DNA of 64,000 bases from an uncultured bacterium (GTDB lineage: Bacteria > Babelota > Babeliae > Babelales > Babelaceae): assembly GCA_963722385.1 (NCBI GenBank), contig CAVRKK010000002.1, positions 64,001 to 128,000 on the forward strand. The letters run 5' to 3'. This document shows positions 21,178 through 30,592 of the stretch, one piece after another; positions within the stretch are counted from its first letter, which is position 1, and each line of letters starts with the position of its first letter. The translations under genes were made by a program, and so were the position numbers. The notes under the pieces were generated by a model. It was given only the letters and a program-made list of their open reading frames with translations, made no database searches and was not told the origin of the DNA.

Positions 21178-22365
21178 GTGGAGAAAAATACATTATCTTT
21201 ATTAGCACTTCTCGCTTTATTTATAACAGGCACTAGCCAGCTCTATGGAGCGAAAGAAGAGCAGCATGCAAGAAACCCTCAGCTGACCTTGGAGAGGAGT
21301 CACAGCGATAAAAATTCTCATACCTGCTGCGGAAAGTTAAAGAAAACTAATTGTAAAGTAAAAAAACAATGTATATCTATACCTGCCAGGGGGTCGGTGC
21401 CTGCAGCAGAAATTTATGTCAAAATTCAAGGTAACCGTAATTCGGACAAACCGGTCATTTTATTTTTCCCTGGAACTTGTGAGACAAGTGATACGTGGGC
21501 TTGCCAGCAAGAAGAATTTTGCAAAGAGTTTATCACTATTTCGCTCGATCCGCGAGGCACGGGAAGGTCGACCCATACAAGCCCATCTCGTGTTAAATAT
21601 ACGTACGAACTTTATGCGGATGATTTGCATGCCGTTTTAAAAAAGCTTGGTATTAAAAAATTCATTTATGTTGGTCATTCGATTGGAGCAAATATAGGCA
21701 TCGTTTATTTTAATCGGTTCCCTGGTCAAATTACCAAGCTCGTTTTGGTCGCTGGCGATCCCTTTATTGTTGTACCAGATTGTGCAGTATTATCAACTTG
21801 CAGTGTCCCAACAACTTGTTCAGCGTGCTGGCCATTCCCCTTGGCAACTGTTTCTGGCATAAAGGCGCTAGAAGCTCAGATACCCAAGATTGGCTTTGAC
21901 CAATTTGCGGCAATGTTATCTAAAAATCTTTTTTATAATGAATCTTGTCAGTCAAAGCTCGTTAAGGCACAAGCTTTAGAAACTGAGCAATTGATTAGGT
22001 CAGGACCACAAATCTTTAGGAGCATTGTACGTAATGCATGGAGAGAAGATATAAGGGCTCTTGTTCCCAAAATTACGATACCTACCCTTATTTGCGTAGG
22101 CAGCCTAGACGCGGTTTTGCCACCGGGTGCTAGTTTATTCATGCATGATAACATTCCTTCTTCAATATTGAGAGAATTTGTTGGCAAGGGGCACAATTTA
22201 ATGATTAGCGATTACAAGCAATTCAATAAAGCGCTTGTAGAATTTATTACGTGTAAGTGTTGCCAGCGCAGTGACTCTGTTAAGGTATTTGGTCCTTGCT
22301 GCGTATGCCCACTTGCTAAACCGGTTCATTTTAAGAGCTGCCGTTCTAAGAGCTCGTCAGATTAG
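21178..22365 (+). CDS. Secreted alpha/beta hydrolase with Cys-rich inserts
   Basis: DPRGTGRS, GHSIG nucleophile, GSLD, GH triad; signal peptide. Confidence 0.88.
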   Translation: MEKNTLSLLALLALFITGTSQLYGAKEEQHARNPQLTLERSHSDKNSHTCCGKLKKTNCKVKKQCISIPARGSVPAAEIYVKIQGNRNSDKPVILFFPGTCETSDTWACQQEEFCKEFITISLDPRGTGRSTHTSPSRVKYTYELYADDLHAVLKKLGIKKFIYVGHSIGANIGIVYFNRFPGQITKLVLVAGDPFIVVPDCAVLSTCSVPTTCSACWPFPLATVSGIKALEAQIPKIGFDQFAAMLSKNLFYNESCQSKLVKAQALETEQLIRSGPQIFRSIVRNAWREDIRALVPKITIPTLICVGSLDAVLPPGASLFMHDNIPSSILREFVGKGHNLMISDYKQFNKALVEFITCKCCQRSDSVKVFGPCCVCPLAKPVHFKSCRSKSSSD

Positions 22366-22420
22366 TGTTTGGGAGTGACTTCTGCGTACATCGGCTGCTT
22401 AATAAGGCAAGAACAGCTAA

Positions 22421-22831
22421 CAGAGCGAATTGAATTGAATCAAATCGCCTGCGCGGCTGGCGGCTAAGGGACATCGTCCCTTAGCAATCCCGATGCAACG
22501 GGCGAAGTAACGCATGCCTGTGTGTAGTTATCGTACGCAAAAGCGTACGATAACTTACGCCATTTATCATGTACGCGACGCTCCATGATAAAAACTATCT
22601 TCCGTCAGGAAGATTGCGGTAGCTATAAGCATGCGCCACGCATGGTTATAGCATTCATCAGCAAAAAATAAAGACAATATAGAAAGAAATAGAGATTAGC
22701 AATGGGTGCAGGGCCGCCGCCATGCCGCCCACCGCGTAGGTGTGCTCGCCGCATAGGCGCGCCCCGCTGCGTAAGCGTTCCCGTCGTAGCCTTGGCGAAG
22801 TCGGCCGCGTAGTCGCGCTAGCCGCGCAGGC
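22421..22831 (+). repeat. Structured intergenic repeat, copy 1
   Basis: GAATT/GAATC pentamers, 5 hairpins, closing stem 22447-22464/22724-22741; homologous to three other loci. Confidence 0.92.
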
Positions 22832-22869
22832 TGAGAGTCATTATAAGAACAAATCTTAGGGCGGGTTGC

Positions 22870-23330
22870 TCACGTGTTGCTTTTGTGCTCATGGAGTACC
22901 AAAGCAAGCGCTGCCATGAACATTTTCATGACGTTAAGCTTATCTTTTAAACTTATTCCTGGTATTTTGTCTAATAAGCTCTCGAATAAACTTTGCTGTT
23001 CTTTTTCAATGCCATTGAGATAATCGGCAAGCCTTGCTGCCAGTCTATTTCTTCCCGTTAGTTCGGCAAGCTTGATTGCAGCGCTTAAAAGTGGTAATAA
23101 TTCTGCCATTTCTCTTGTTATTTCCGGTTGAGTTCGAGGCGCTTCCGTTTGAACATGTGATAATAAACGACTAACTTCATCATATCCTAGTTGGCGTGCA
23201 TGTCTCATCGCTACCTCAAGTATTGGCTGCAGACTTTCATGTGCAACTTCTTCTTCATGAAGACCAAGATATATGGTAGCTTCCCTTATAATATGCACAG
23301 CTAATGGATTAAGAGTCTCTTGCATTTCGC
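22870..23330 (-). pseudogene. C-terminal fragment of a helical hypothetical protein (listed ATG 23406 lies inside the IS right end)
   Basis: First codons of the ORF are IS end sequence. Confidence 0.45.
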
Positions 23331-23339
23331 GTAAATAAT

Positions 23340-23500
23340 GCATGCGACGGGTGGGAGTTCTGAATAACGCCGGCTTAAAAGCCGGAGGTTCTAGGGTCGC
23401 GGTCATTCAAACAGCGTAGCCCTTTTAGGGATTTCAGTGAGCCCGTTGAACGCAACTCTGTCTGCGTTCAATTGATCTCTGCCCATGACGCATAGCTATG
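23340..23500 (-). ncRNA. Putative TnpB omega/reRNA (scaffold plus guide AACTCCCACCCGTCGCATGC); 5' limit approximate
   Basis: Overlaps tnpB 3' end and right end; internal hairpin CCCT-AAA-AGGG; position follows the known reRNA layout. Confidence 0.6.
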
Positions 23501-24533
23501 TTGAATGAAGCATTTACGTCAGCATGATCAAAGTGCCTACAATGAGGACACTTAAATAGTTTACCCTGGCGATTACCTCGTAGATGGCATTTACTACAAT
23601 CTTGAGAGGTATAGCTTGGATCTACGAGCAAAACAGGAATCCCAAGCAGCTTGGCCTTATACTCTATCTGCTTTTGCAGACCATAGTACGACCAACTGTG
23701 CAAAAGGTACTTGAAAGATATGCTTGCTCGTGCTCTCTTTCTTATTCCCTGCAAATCTTCTAGTTGTATTCCCAATCCATGTTCTTTAGCATATCGTACA
23801 ATAGTTGTACTTGCCTTATGTGTTAGATCTTTTACAATTCTTTTTTCTCGGTCCTCAAGCTGCTCAACCTTGCCAAATTTGCCTTGTTTTTGGAGGCTTT
23901 TTCTTTGAAAGCTATATTTCTTGTGAATATGAGCAGCTTTCTTGCCAAGCTTGAGCACTTTGCCCGTTTGCGGATTGGCCGCAACAGCACAATGTCCCGT
24001 TGTGTTAAGATCAACCCCTAAATAGCCTGATACTTGTATCTCTTCAGCTTCGGCTATCAATACAGATACGTATGCGTATTCTTCATCTATTTCTATCTGG
24101 TTGATCTTCTCAAAATCGTTTCTGAAATAATACTCGAGCATAAGCTTTAAACAACGTATCGTTATTATCTTTTCTTGGCGATCAACCTTGATAGCCTGCC
24201 CAGGTACCGTTAGCTTCACTCGCCGCACTTTTTTTATCTTCTTATTACTCGAGTACTTCTTCAATATTTGGTTAGAGATCGCTGAAGGTAGCCCCATCTC
24301 CTTAACATCTCGCGATGTGCGGCTTCTTGTTTGTAACCCAAAACTCGCTACCTGCCTCGCTTTTTCTAGCTCTTGCCTAAAATCTCTTTTATGCTTTATC
24401 TTATACGTTAAAAGCACTTCCTACTAATCCTCTTTTCCTCTATTTATTAAACAATCCTCAAATGTTTAACACATTTGTACTTTGTTTGCAACTCTTCATC
24501 CACGTGCTAAAGCACGTGGCTTTCCGTTGCGAA
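23360..24533 (-). mobile_element. IS200/IS605-family TnpB-only (IS1341-like) element
   Basis: Left-end hairpin CCACGTGCT-TT-AGCACGTGG preceded by AAAG, target TTAC outside; right-end hairpin CCGGCTT-TT-AAGCCGG preceded by GAAC, ending TCAG; no tnpA. Confidence 0.88.
23434..24417 (-). CDS. tnpB: RNA-guided endonuclease TnpB, 327 aa
   Basis: RuvC LGVDLN, QLEDL and DHADVNASFNIA; zinc finger CSKC..CPHC. Confidence 0.93.
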   Translation of the reverse strand: MLLTYKIKHKRDFRQELEKARQVASFGLQTRSRTSRDVKEMGLPSAISNQILKKYSSNKKIKKVRRVKLTVPGQAIKVDRQEKIITIRCLKLMLEYYFRNDFEKINQIEIDEEYAYVSVLIAEAEEIQVSGYLGVDLNTTGHCAVAANPQTGKVLKLGKKAAHIHKKYSFQRKSLQKQGKFGKVEQLEDREKRIVKDLTHKASTTIVRYAKEHGLGIQLEDLQGIRKRARASISFKYLLHSWSYYGLQKQIEYKAKLLGIPVLLVDPSYTSQDCSKCHLRGNRQGKLFKCPHCRHFDHADVNASFNIAMRHGQRSIERRQSCVQRAH

Positions 24534-24684
24534 GTAAAGAAATCCTTAGATTTCTTTTAGGCCAAGGCGCAACGGTACAGTGGCGAGATATGCAGCTAGC
24601 CACACATGAGGGTGTTCAATGCATAATCGATTTCATAGAACACGGAGGTATTTTTAATGATTTCGAAGCATTGCTGGTATTTCT

Positions 24685-25035
24685 TTAGAAACCCAAAAGC
24701 ATCCTAACGCGCAATTCAACTTGTTCCATAGTTTCATTTTTGATAGTACCCAAACTAGAATCTGAGAACCGCTCAAGAGAGACGGTGCGTAATTGATTGC
24801 ATATGATATATGAACGTTTTATTATACCTCCCTCAGGAGGTTCAAGAGGCACAAGCCATGATAGCGGCCTATATTGAGAAGTTAACGGTACAATTACAGC
24901 AAGTTCTGCTGGCCCCATATTAAATTGTTGAACAGAAAGCACCAAACATGGCCTTTTTTTAGCTTGTTCATGCCCACGGGTAGGATCAAGATCCACGACC
25001 CATATGCTACCTCGCATGATCGTTGACTTACTCAT
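24685..25035 (-). CDS. mazF: PemK/MazF toxin
   Basis: RGSIWVVDLDPTRGHEQAKKRPCLVLS, VPLTS, NQLRTVSLERF. Confidence 0.9.
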   Translation of the reverse strand: MSKSTIMRGSIWVVDLDPTRGHEQAKKRPCLVLSVQQFNMGPAELAVIVPLTSQYRPLSWLVPLEPPEGGIIKRSYIICNQLRTVSLERFSDSSLGTIKNETMEQVELRVRMLLGF

Positions 25036-25276
25036 AGATCTCAAGCCCATCCTCGAGGGTTGTGTCCCATTCTTCTTGTTCTTGCAGGTACTCTTTCCAT
25101 TTTTTTCTGTCTTTTTTTAAGGCAATATATTCTTCATTAGTTTTTTTAAAAAATTGTTCCCTAATAAAGGCTTCGATAGCTTTTTCAACGATAGACTGCT
25201 TTGATTTACCGAGAGTTTTGGCGAGCACATTTAAATGTTGATCTATGGCAGTACTAATTCTTATAGTCTTGGACAC
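25028..25276 (-). CDS. RHH antitoxin of the MazF module
   Basis: KTIRIS..LAKTLGKSKQSIVEKAI; acidic tail WDTTLEDGL; overlaps the toxin start. Confidence 0.82.
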   Translation of the reverse strand: MSKTIRISTAIDQHLNVLAKTLGKSKQSIVEKAIEAFIREQFFKKTNEEYIALKKDRKKWKEYLQEQEEWDTTLEDGLEIYE

Positions 25277-25530
25277 AAAAGCTTCCTATGGTTAATACTA
25301 GCATGCAAAAAAGTATACTAAATTGTGGTCAAAATCGCAAGCAAAAAGTGTTCTCTGCTCTATATGCATTGAATAATATTCTGGCGAGCACATTAGAAAA
25401 AAGAAATTAGAAGTTAATGATATACTGTCCTTAACTCATTTTTGCAGAAAAGGTCTGCAAATTGGTTATTTGCATAGCGCTATAAACGATATGCTCTGTA
25501 ACCATGAATAGTTGATTTAAGAGGACGCTA

Positions 25531-27012
25531 GTGAACCTATTAAAAATGCTCTGTCTATTTACCATGGTAATAAATACCTTGCTTAAAGCAGACAATTATA
25601 AACCAAAAATTGCGGTTATTGGAGCTGGCTTAGCAGGGTTAACAGCCGCATATCGTTTAAATCAGAAAGGTCTGAATGTTGACGTTTATGAGGCACGAAA
25701 TCGCGTCGGTGGTCGCATATTTACCGCGGTCATTGATAACAAAGTTGTAGAACTAGGGGGCCAAAACCTAAGGGATGGTGGTGATGCTCACCATATGTTG
25801 AACTTGGTCAATGAGCTTAAGCTCGAGCTCGTGGAATCTTCGTACCCTTTTGGTAGGCAATATTATAAGCATGGTGTCTTTGTTCCCGAAAACCGCTATT
25901 TTGAGCAACATAAATTCGATGCCGAGACCCTTGATAATCAGCTTAAAGCACTCGCTTTAAAGTCAAAAAATATGAAGGATGTTCTCCTCGGCCTGTTTAG
26001 TGAAGATGAAGATATTTACCATATTTTGAGTACGCGACTAGCCGGTTATGAAGGAGACTCGCCTGAAAAATTGTCGGTATTTTATATTAATACTCTCTAT
26101 CATATGCTTCTTGGTGGGGCGTGTGCCGCACATCCGGCGAGCGGTATCGCCTATCAAGAGCTCATTATAAAAGGTGGCAATGGACTTTTACCCGAAAAGC
26201 TCCGTCAAAAAATTGGCAACCATGTTCATTTAAATATGGTCCTTGAGTCGGTGTCGAAAAATTCTTGTGGGTCGTTCATACTTACGTTCAAAAATGGGCA
26301 GCGCGTCGTTGCGGATATCCTAGTGTTAGCAGTTCCTGCTACTGTTTTTAAGGATATCGTGTTTGATCAAGATGTGGCCCCTGAAAGCCGACTTTCTACT
26401 ATTCAAAAAATAGAATGCGGTTCCAATGCTAAAATTTTGATACCCGTTACATGTTCGCTTGGCGATAATGGTCGTTACCTCAATGAGCGATTGGGTACGT
26501 TTCCCGATGCTAACGGTACCGTTCTCACGCTTTATTATAGAAGTGAAGATGCTTGCTTCTCATCCGAAAGCATTACCGATAGATACCACCTAGCGAAAGT
26601 TATGTTAGAAGCTGATTTGCCAGCTCAGTGTCTGCCGGACTTATTACCTATAGTTGCTTTTGATGAATCTTTTGCGTGTTATGCAGGACCCATAGGTCAC
26701 AGCTGGCCAAATGATCCGTATGCTCGCGGTTCTTACTCCTATATTGCTCCAGGACAAGAAACCTTACTAACCGAGCTGAGTGAACATGAAGGAGAAACCG
26801 TAAAAGTTCTTTTTACCCCTGTTGATAACAAACTTTACTTTGCAGGCGAGCATACATCGACTTTGATGGAGGTACCAGGAACTATGGAGGCAGCTTGCGA
26901 ATCAGGTGAACGTGTTGCTCGTATGATTCACAAAGCGATTAACAGGACCTTATTTACGATTTACCCGATTTTTCAACTTTTTTGTCTTCATTTTCAGAAA
27001 ACCTCTTTTTAA
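25531..27012 (+). CDS. Flavin monoamine oxidase-family FAD oxidoreductase
   Basis: VIGAGLAGL, EARNRVGGR, DPYARGSYS, FAGEHT, GTMEAACESG. Confidence 0.9.
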   Translation: MNLLKMLCLFTMVINTLLKADNYKPKIAVIGAGLAGLTAAYRLNQKGLNVDVYEARNRVGGRIFTAVIDNKVVELGGQNLRDGGDAHHMLNLVNELKLELVESSYPFGRQYYKHGVFVPENRYFEQHKFDAETLDNQLKALALKSKNMKDVLLGLFSEDEDIYHILSTRLAGYEGDSPEKLSVFYINTLYHMLLGGACAAHPASGIAYQELIIKGGNGLLPEKLRQKIGNHVHLNMVLESVSKNSCGSFILTFKNGQRVVADILVLAVPATVFKDIVFDQDVAPESRLSTIQKIECGSNAKILIPVTCSLGDNGRYLNERLGTFPDANGTVLTLYYRSEDACFSSESITDRYHLAKVMLEADLPAQCLPDLLPIVAFDESFACYAGPIGHSWPNDPYARGSYSYIAPGQETLLTELSEHEGETVKVLFTPVDNKLYFAGEHTSTLMEVPGTMEAACESGERVARMIHKAINRTLFTIYPIFQLFCLHFQKTSF

Positions 27013-27070
27013 CATATTGACTAATATTTAATTCAACTGTTAGAATAAGTTAAAATAGTTAAATCATTCC

Positions 27071-27465
27071 TTAGAGCTTGTTTGATTATTGTGTAGAAAA
27101 AAATTGAAAAAAGATTGAAACAGAGCTAAGAAATCCCCGAAGAAGAAATCGCAAAAAACCTTAGTCGGGGATTAAAAATGAAGCAAAGAATGCTTCAAAT
27201 GCTTATTTCGGTGTACGGAAATTTTAAAAAGCTGAAGCTGTTTATAGAATTCATTAAAAAGTTTATCAGAAAAATAATTGGCGTGCAAAAACATGGAAAA
27301 AGACGACACAATCTTGGCAAAGTTATATTTGGGATATTGTATTATATAAAATCAGGCTGTCAATGGAGATTGCTACCACGGAATTTGGCAACTGGAGAAC
27401 AGTTTATGGGTGGTACAGTCGCATAAACAAGCTTGAAATCTTTAGAAAGGCATGGGAAGTGATAA
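27071..27465 (+). mobile_element. IS5-family remnant (left end plus frameshifted N-terminus of transposase)
   Basis: TTAGAGCTTGTT end; ILYYIKSGCQWRLLP, then FGNWRTVYGWY in a shifted frame. Confidence 0.7.
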
Positions 27466-27467
27466 AT

Positions 27468-27631
27468 AAAAGGGGCCGAAGCAATAGAAATGGCTGAGTT
27501 CCTTGAGTGGGACTTTCTTCATGGGGGAAGTAGAAGCCTACAGTGCAACGGGAAAGCATTTAGGAGCTATAGATCCAATGACTAAGTTTATTTATAAAGC
27601 TGCTGAGTGTGGTCGAAAAATTGATTTGTAA
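27468..27631 (+). pseudogene. Colicin E3-like cytotoxic RNase C-terminal fragment (frameshift in G5 run at 27523)
   Basis: LEWDFLHG/EVEAYSATGKHLGAIDPMT resembles colicin E3 YEWDSQHGELEGY..HLGSFDPKT. Confidence 0.7.
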
Positions 27632-27659
27632 GGCTAGGTTGCCCTCGAATATGTTGAAA

Positions 27660-27974
27660 ATGAATAGAGAAGATATAGCAGAGTCGCACTGCTGTAGAGA
27701 AATGAATGAGTATTTGCAAGACAAACGAATTCCTATTGTATATTCCCCAATGTTTAGGGAATATGCTCTCCCTTTAGGATATGGATCATCTGCTAAACAA
27801 TGTCTTTTTTTCTGCCCTTGGTGTGGAAGTAAGTTACCTTCTGGTCTAAGAGATATTTTTTTTGAAATTTTAGAAAAAGAGCACGGACTTGAGCCGAATC
27901 CTGAAATTTTGCTTGATCCTCGACTACCTGAAGAATTCAAAAGCGACCTGTGGTGGAAGAAGAGAAAATTGTAA
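27660..27974 (+). CDS. Cys-rich DUF6980-like protein, candidate immunity protein
   Basis: HCCREM..RIPIVYSPMFREY..FCPWCGSKLP..LRD. Confidence 0.65.
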   Translation: MNREDIAESHCCREMNEYLQDKRIPIVYSPMFREYALPLGYGSSAKQCLFFCPWCGSKLPSGLRDIFFEILEKEHGLEPNPEILLDPRLPEEFKSDLWWKKRKL

Positions 27975-28000
27975 ATTTGCTAAATTGAAAAGGCTATTTC

Positions 28001-28506
28001 ATGGTTTTTTATTATAAAATTACGATAATCACGCTCTTTGTCATCTTGCTCAGTGATAGCAGTGCTCAAGGTTCATTTTTGGGCAACATCAAAAGCGCTC
28101 TTGATCGGCAAGATTATTATGAGCTAGAAACTGCTTTAGCACAGGTCAAAGAACAGTTGAGTGTTGCCGATCAGCGTAGTATTATCTAACAAGCAACCGT
28201 TCTTAGTTGGCAGAAGAAAATGCATGTTATTCGTCAGATACAAAAAAGGCAATTTCATCGAGCGCCTGTGTTATAGCGGCCTTAATTGCCATAGGATTAG
28301 TTATCGGTCCGGTTCAAAGCTTGTTGCTTGTTATGTTACACTTTGATGCGACTGCTCGTGATAGGCGAGAGTTTTTTCACGCAGCATCTATGTATAAGCT
28401 TCTTTTGTCTGCGCTCTTGCCACTAACCGTAAGTGTTGTGACAGGATACGACAATATGACGGGCTACCGAAAAAGAGCGATATATTCTGAATTTTCTTTA
28501 CAATAA
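28001..28506 (+). pseudogene. Split exported/membrane hypothetical protein
   Basis: Signal-peptide ORF 28001..28189 followed by 2-TM ORF 28207..28506. Confidence 0.45.
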
Positions 28507-28573
28507 CCTGCCATACTATCAAAAACAGCTCAAGCCAAATGAACGGTGGTCGTATTAAAACAACGTACCGAAT

Positions 28574-30592
28574 TTATATTTGATTAATTCGAGGTTCTTG
28601 GGCTCGAGTGAACACATATTTTTGTTGTGGCGTTTCGAGAATTAACTGCGTAATACCGTCATGCTCTTGAGGCAAGACTTCTTCTCCTGCAAAAGGTACT
28701 TGTGTAAGTATAAGTTTGATGGTACCATCTTTTTCTTTTTTTTGCCCAATCGTGCTTTGCCATTCATTGGTATCAAAAACAAGGTCGTTGCCAACTTTAC
28801 GTAGAGTTACCGTGCCCAGGCTATCATGCTTATAAGTACCTATAAATTGACTGAGCCATAAAGCATCTGGCGAAAAATTGACTTCTTGAAGCATCTTATG
28901 TTGCATGCTTTTCATCAGATCTACGTTCTGTTTTGTTATTTCTTGAGCTTGTGGTTTGCCATCAAATAACAATTCCATAAGTCGCCGCTTGACTGCTTGG
29001 GTAAACCCGGAGTCTCCTCTTGCATTGGTGAGCACAATGAACCCAATATTATGTTCCGGTAAGAAGAACATTATCGACGTAAATCCCATCGTTCCGCCAT
29101 CATGGTGAATCACCTGAACACCATGATCATCCTCGATTATTAAAGCGAGGCCATAGCTCGCTTTGTCGGTAATTTTTGTTTGCGGTTGGCGACGCTTCAG
29201 TAAGTTTGTTTCGCTTATAGCTCGTTTCCCATCCGGAGCAACCCCCTTATTAAGCTCAGTGATGATATAACGCGACATATCATGCACATTTGACCATGCT
29301 CCGCCAGCAGGTCGCAGTGAGGCTACCCAACGTTCATCATTGACAGATAAGGGGACATAGTTGAATTTTAAATCTTGCCCATGCGGAGATGCGTGATTGG
29401 CGTGTTGCACCTTGTTAAAGTCAAAAGTAGTTGATTTCATACCAAGAGGATCAAATACTTGCGACTGCATCACGGTATCATACGCATCGCCGAGGGACAT
29501 ATTGGGTTTGGCGACATGCGCTGCAATATACCCACCAGCTGAAACCATGGCATTACTATATTGGAACGTTTCTCCAAAGCCAGTCGTTGGTTGCATTGTT
29601 GCCATTTCGGCCAAACGCGCCTCAGGAGTTGCTTTGTCAAAGTTGAAGAAATATCCTACATCTTGTCTGGGTATTCCCGTGTTTGCTGCAACCATATATT
29701 TCATCAGTAATTGCTGAGTAGTTGCCTCAGTGCCCAATTTAAAGGTTGGCATAACGTGTGTTACGGGTGTATCCCAATTAAACATACCTTCATCAATTAC
29801 TGATGCCATCATAAGTGTTGTCAGTGGTTTAGTTACTGAACCAATCATAAAAAGCGTTTCTGCGGTTATCGGTTCTTGCATGCCCAACCTGCGAACGCCA
29901 AAGCCTTGTTCAAAAATAAGCTTGCCATCCTGTACTAAGCCAACGGCAGCACCAGGAACTCTGCATTCTTCCCGTGTCGCTTCGATAAACGTAACAAGCT
30001 CTTGCAGTCGTTTTGTGTCCATTTTGTTCGCTGTTTTACCTGCAAAAGATTCTTCTTGCATGCCCGGGACCTTAAAACTGGTTAACACGGTCAGTATTTG
30101 AGCCAGACGGCGATCAAATGCTCCCTTGGTGCCATCTACTAACTGCAGGTACCATGTTTGTCCTTTTCGGCTAGCTTTTGAAATCACTAAGCGGCTTTCT
30201 GCTGTTGGGGTATCATGCATAAACTGTAGAGTCTCGTCCCAGCCACCTTGAGCGACATCGGGTATGATATGCGCAATAGGATAGTCAAAGCTCGGCTTAA
30301 TCTTTTTCCATGCTTCCTCGACTGCTTGCGGAGCTGTAAGTTCTGTATTTTCGGTCAAAAAGAGTAATAATTCCCGATCAGGTTCCTCTAAAAAAATCAT
30401 GCCATTACGCTCTATTACATACCAGTCTTTTGATGCGGTGAAGGTACAACCTGATGGCGTCGTAAGCTGCGTATCTTTATTAAGTTTATGTTGTGTTGTC
30501 ATAGTTTTGTTACCTTCTTGAGTTATTTGTCGGTGGTACAAAATGCCAAACCCTGCTACAAGAGTAATTATCATAATTTTTATGTCATACAT
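28574..30592 (-). CDS. Serine hydrolase, beta-lactamase class C family
   Basis: GSVTK (SxxK), FQYSN, HHDGG. Confidence 0.88.
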   Translation of the reverse strand: MYDIKIMIITLVAGFGILYHRQITQEGNKTMTTQHKLNKDTQLTTPSGCTFTASKDWYVIERNGMIFLEEPDRELLLFLTENTELTAPQAVEEAWKKIKPSFDYPIAHIIPDVAQGGWDETLQFMHDTPTAESRLVISKASRKGQTWYLQLVDGTKGAFDRRLAQILTVLTSFKVPGMQEESFAGKTANKMDTKRLQELVTFIEATREECRVPGAAVGLVQDGKLIFEQGFGVRRLGMQEPITAETLFMIGSVTKPLTTLMMASVIDEGMFNWDTPVTHVMPTFKLGTEATTQQLLMKYMVAANTGIPRQDVGYFFNFDKATPEARLAEMATMQPTTGFGETFQYSNAMVSAGGYIAAHVAKPNMSLGDAYDTVMQSQVFDPLGMKSTTFDFNKVQHANHASPHGQDLKFNYVPLSVNDERWVASLRPAGGAWSNVHDMSRYIITELNKGVAPDGKRAISETNLLKRRQPQTKITDKASYGLALIIEDDHGVQVIHHDGGTMGFTSIMFFLPEHNIGFIVLTNARGDSGFTQAVKRRLMELLFDGKPQAQEITKQNVDLMKSMQHKMLQEVNFSPDALWLSQFIGTYKHDSLGTVTLRKVGNDLVFDTNEWQSTIGQKKEKDGTIKLILTQVPFAGEEVLPQEHDGITQLILETPQQKYVFTRAQEPRINQI

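Noticed and set aside
22421..24533. Repeat copy 1 as the omega RNA of the nearby TnpB
   Set aside because: It is ~530 bp outside the IS right end and on the opposite strand; the other three copies have no tnpB nearby.
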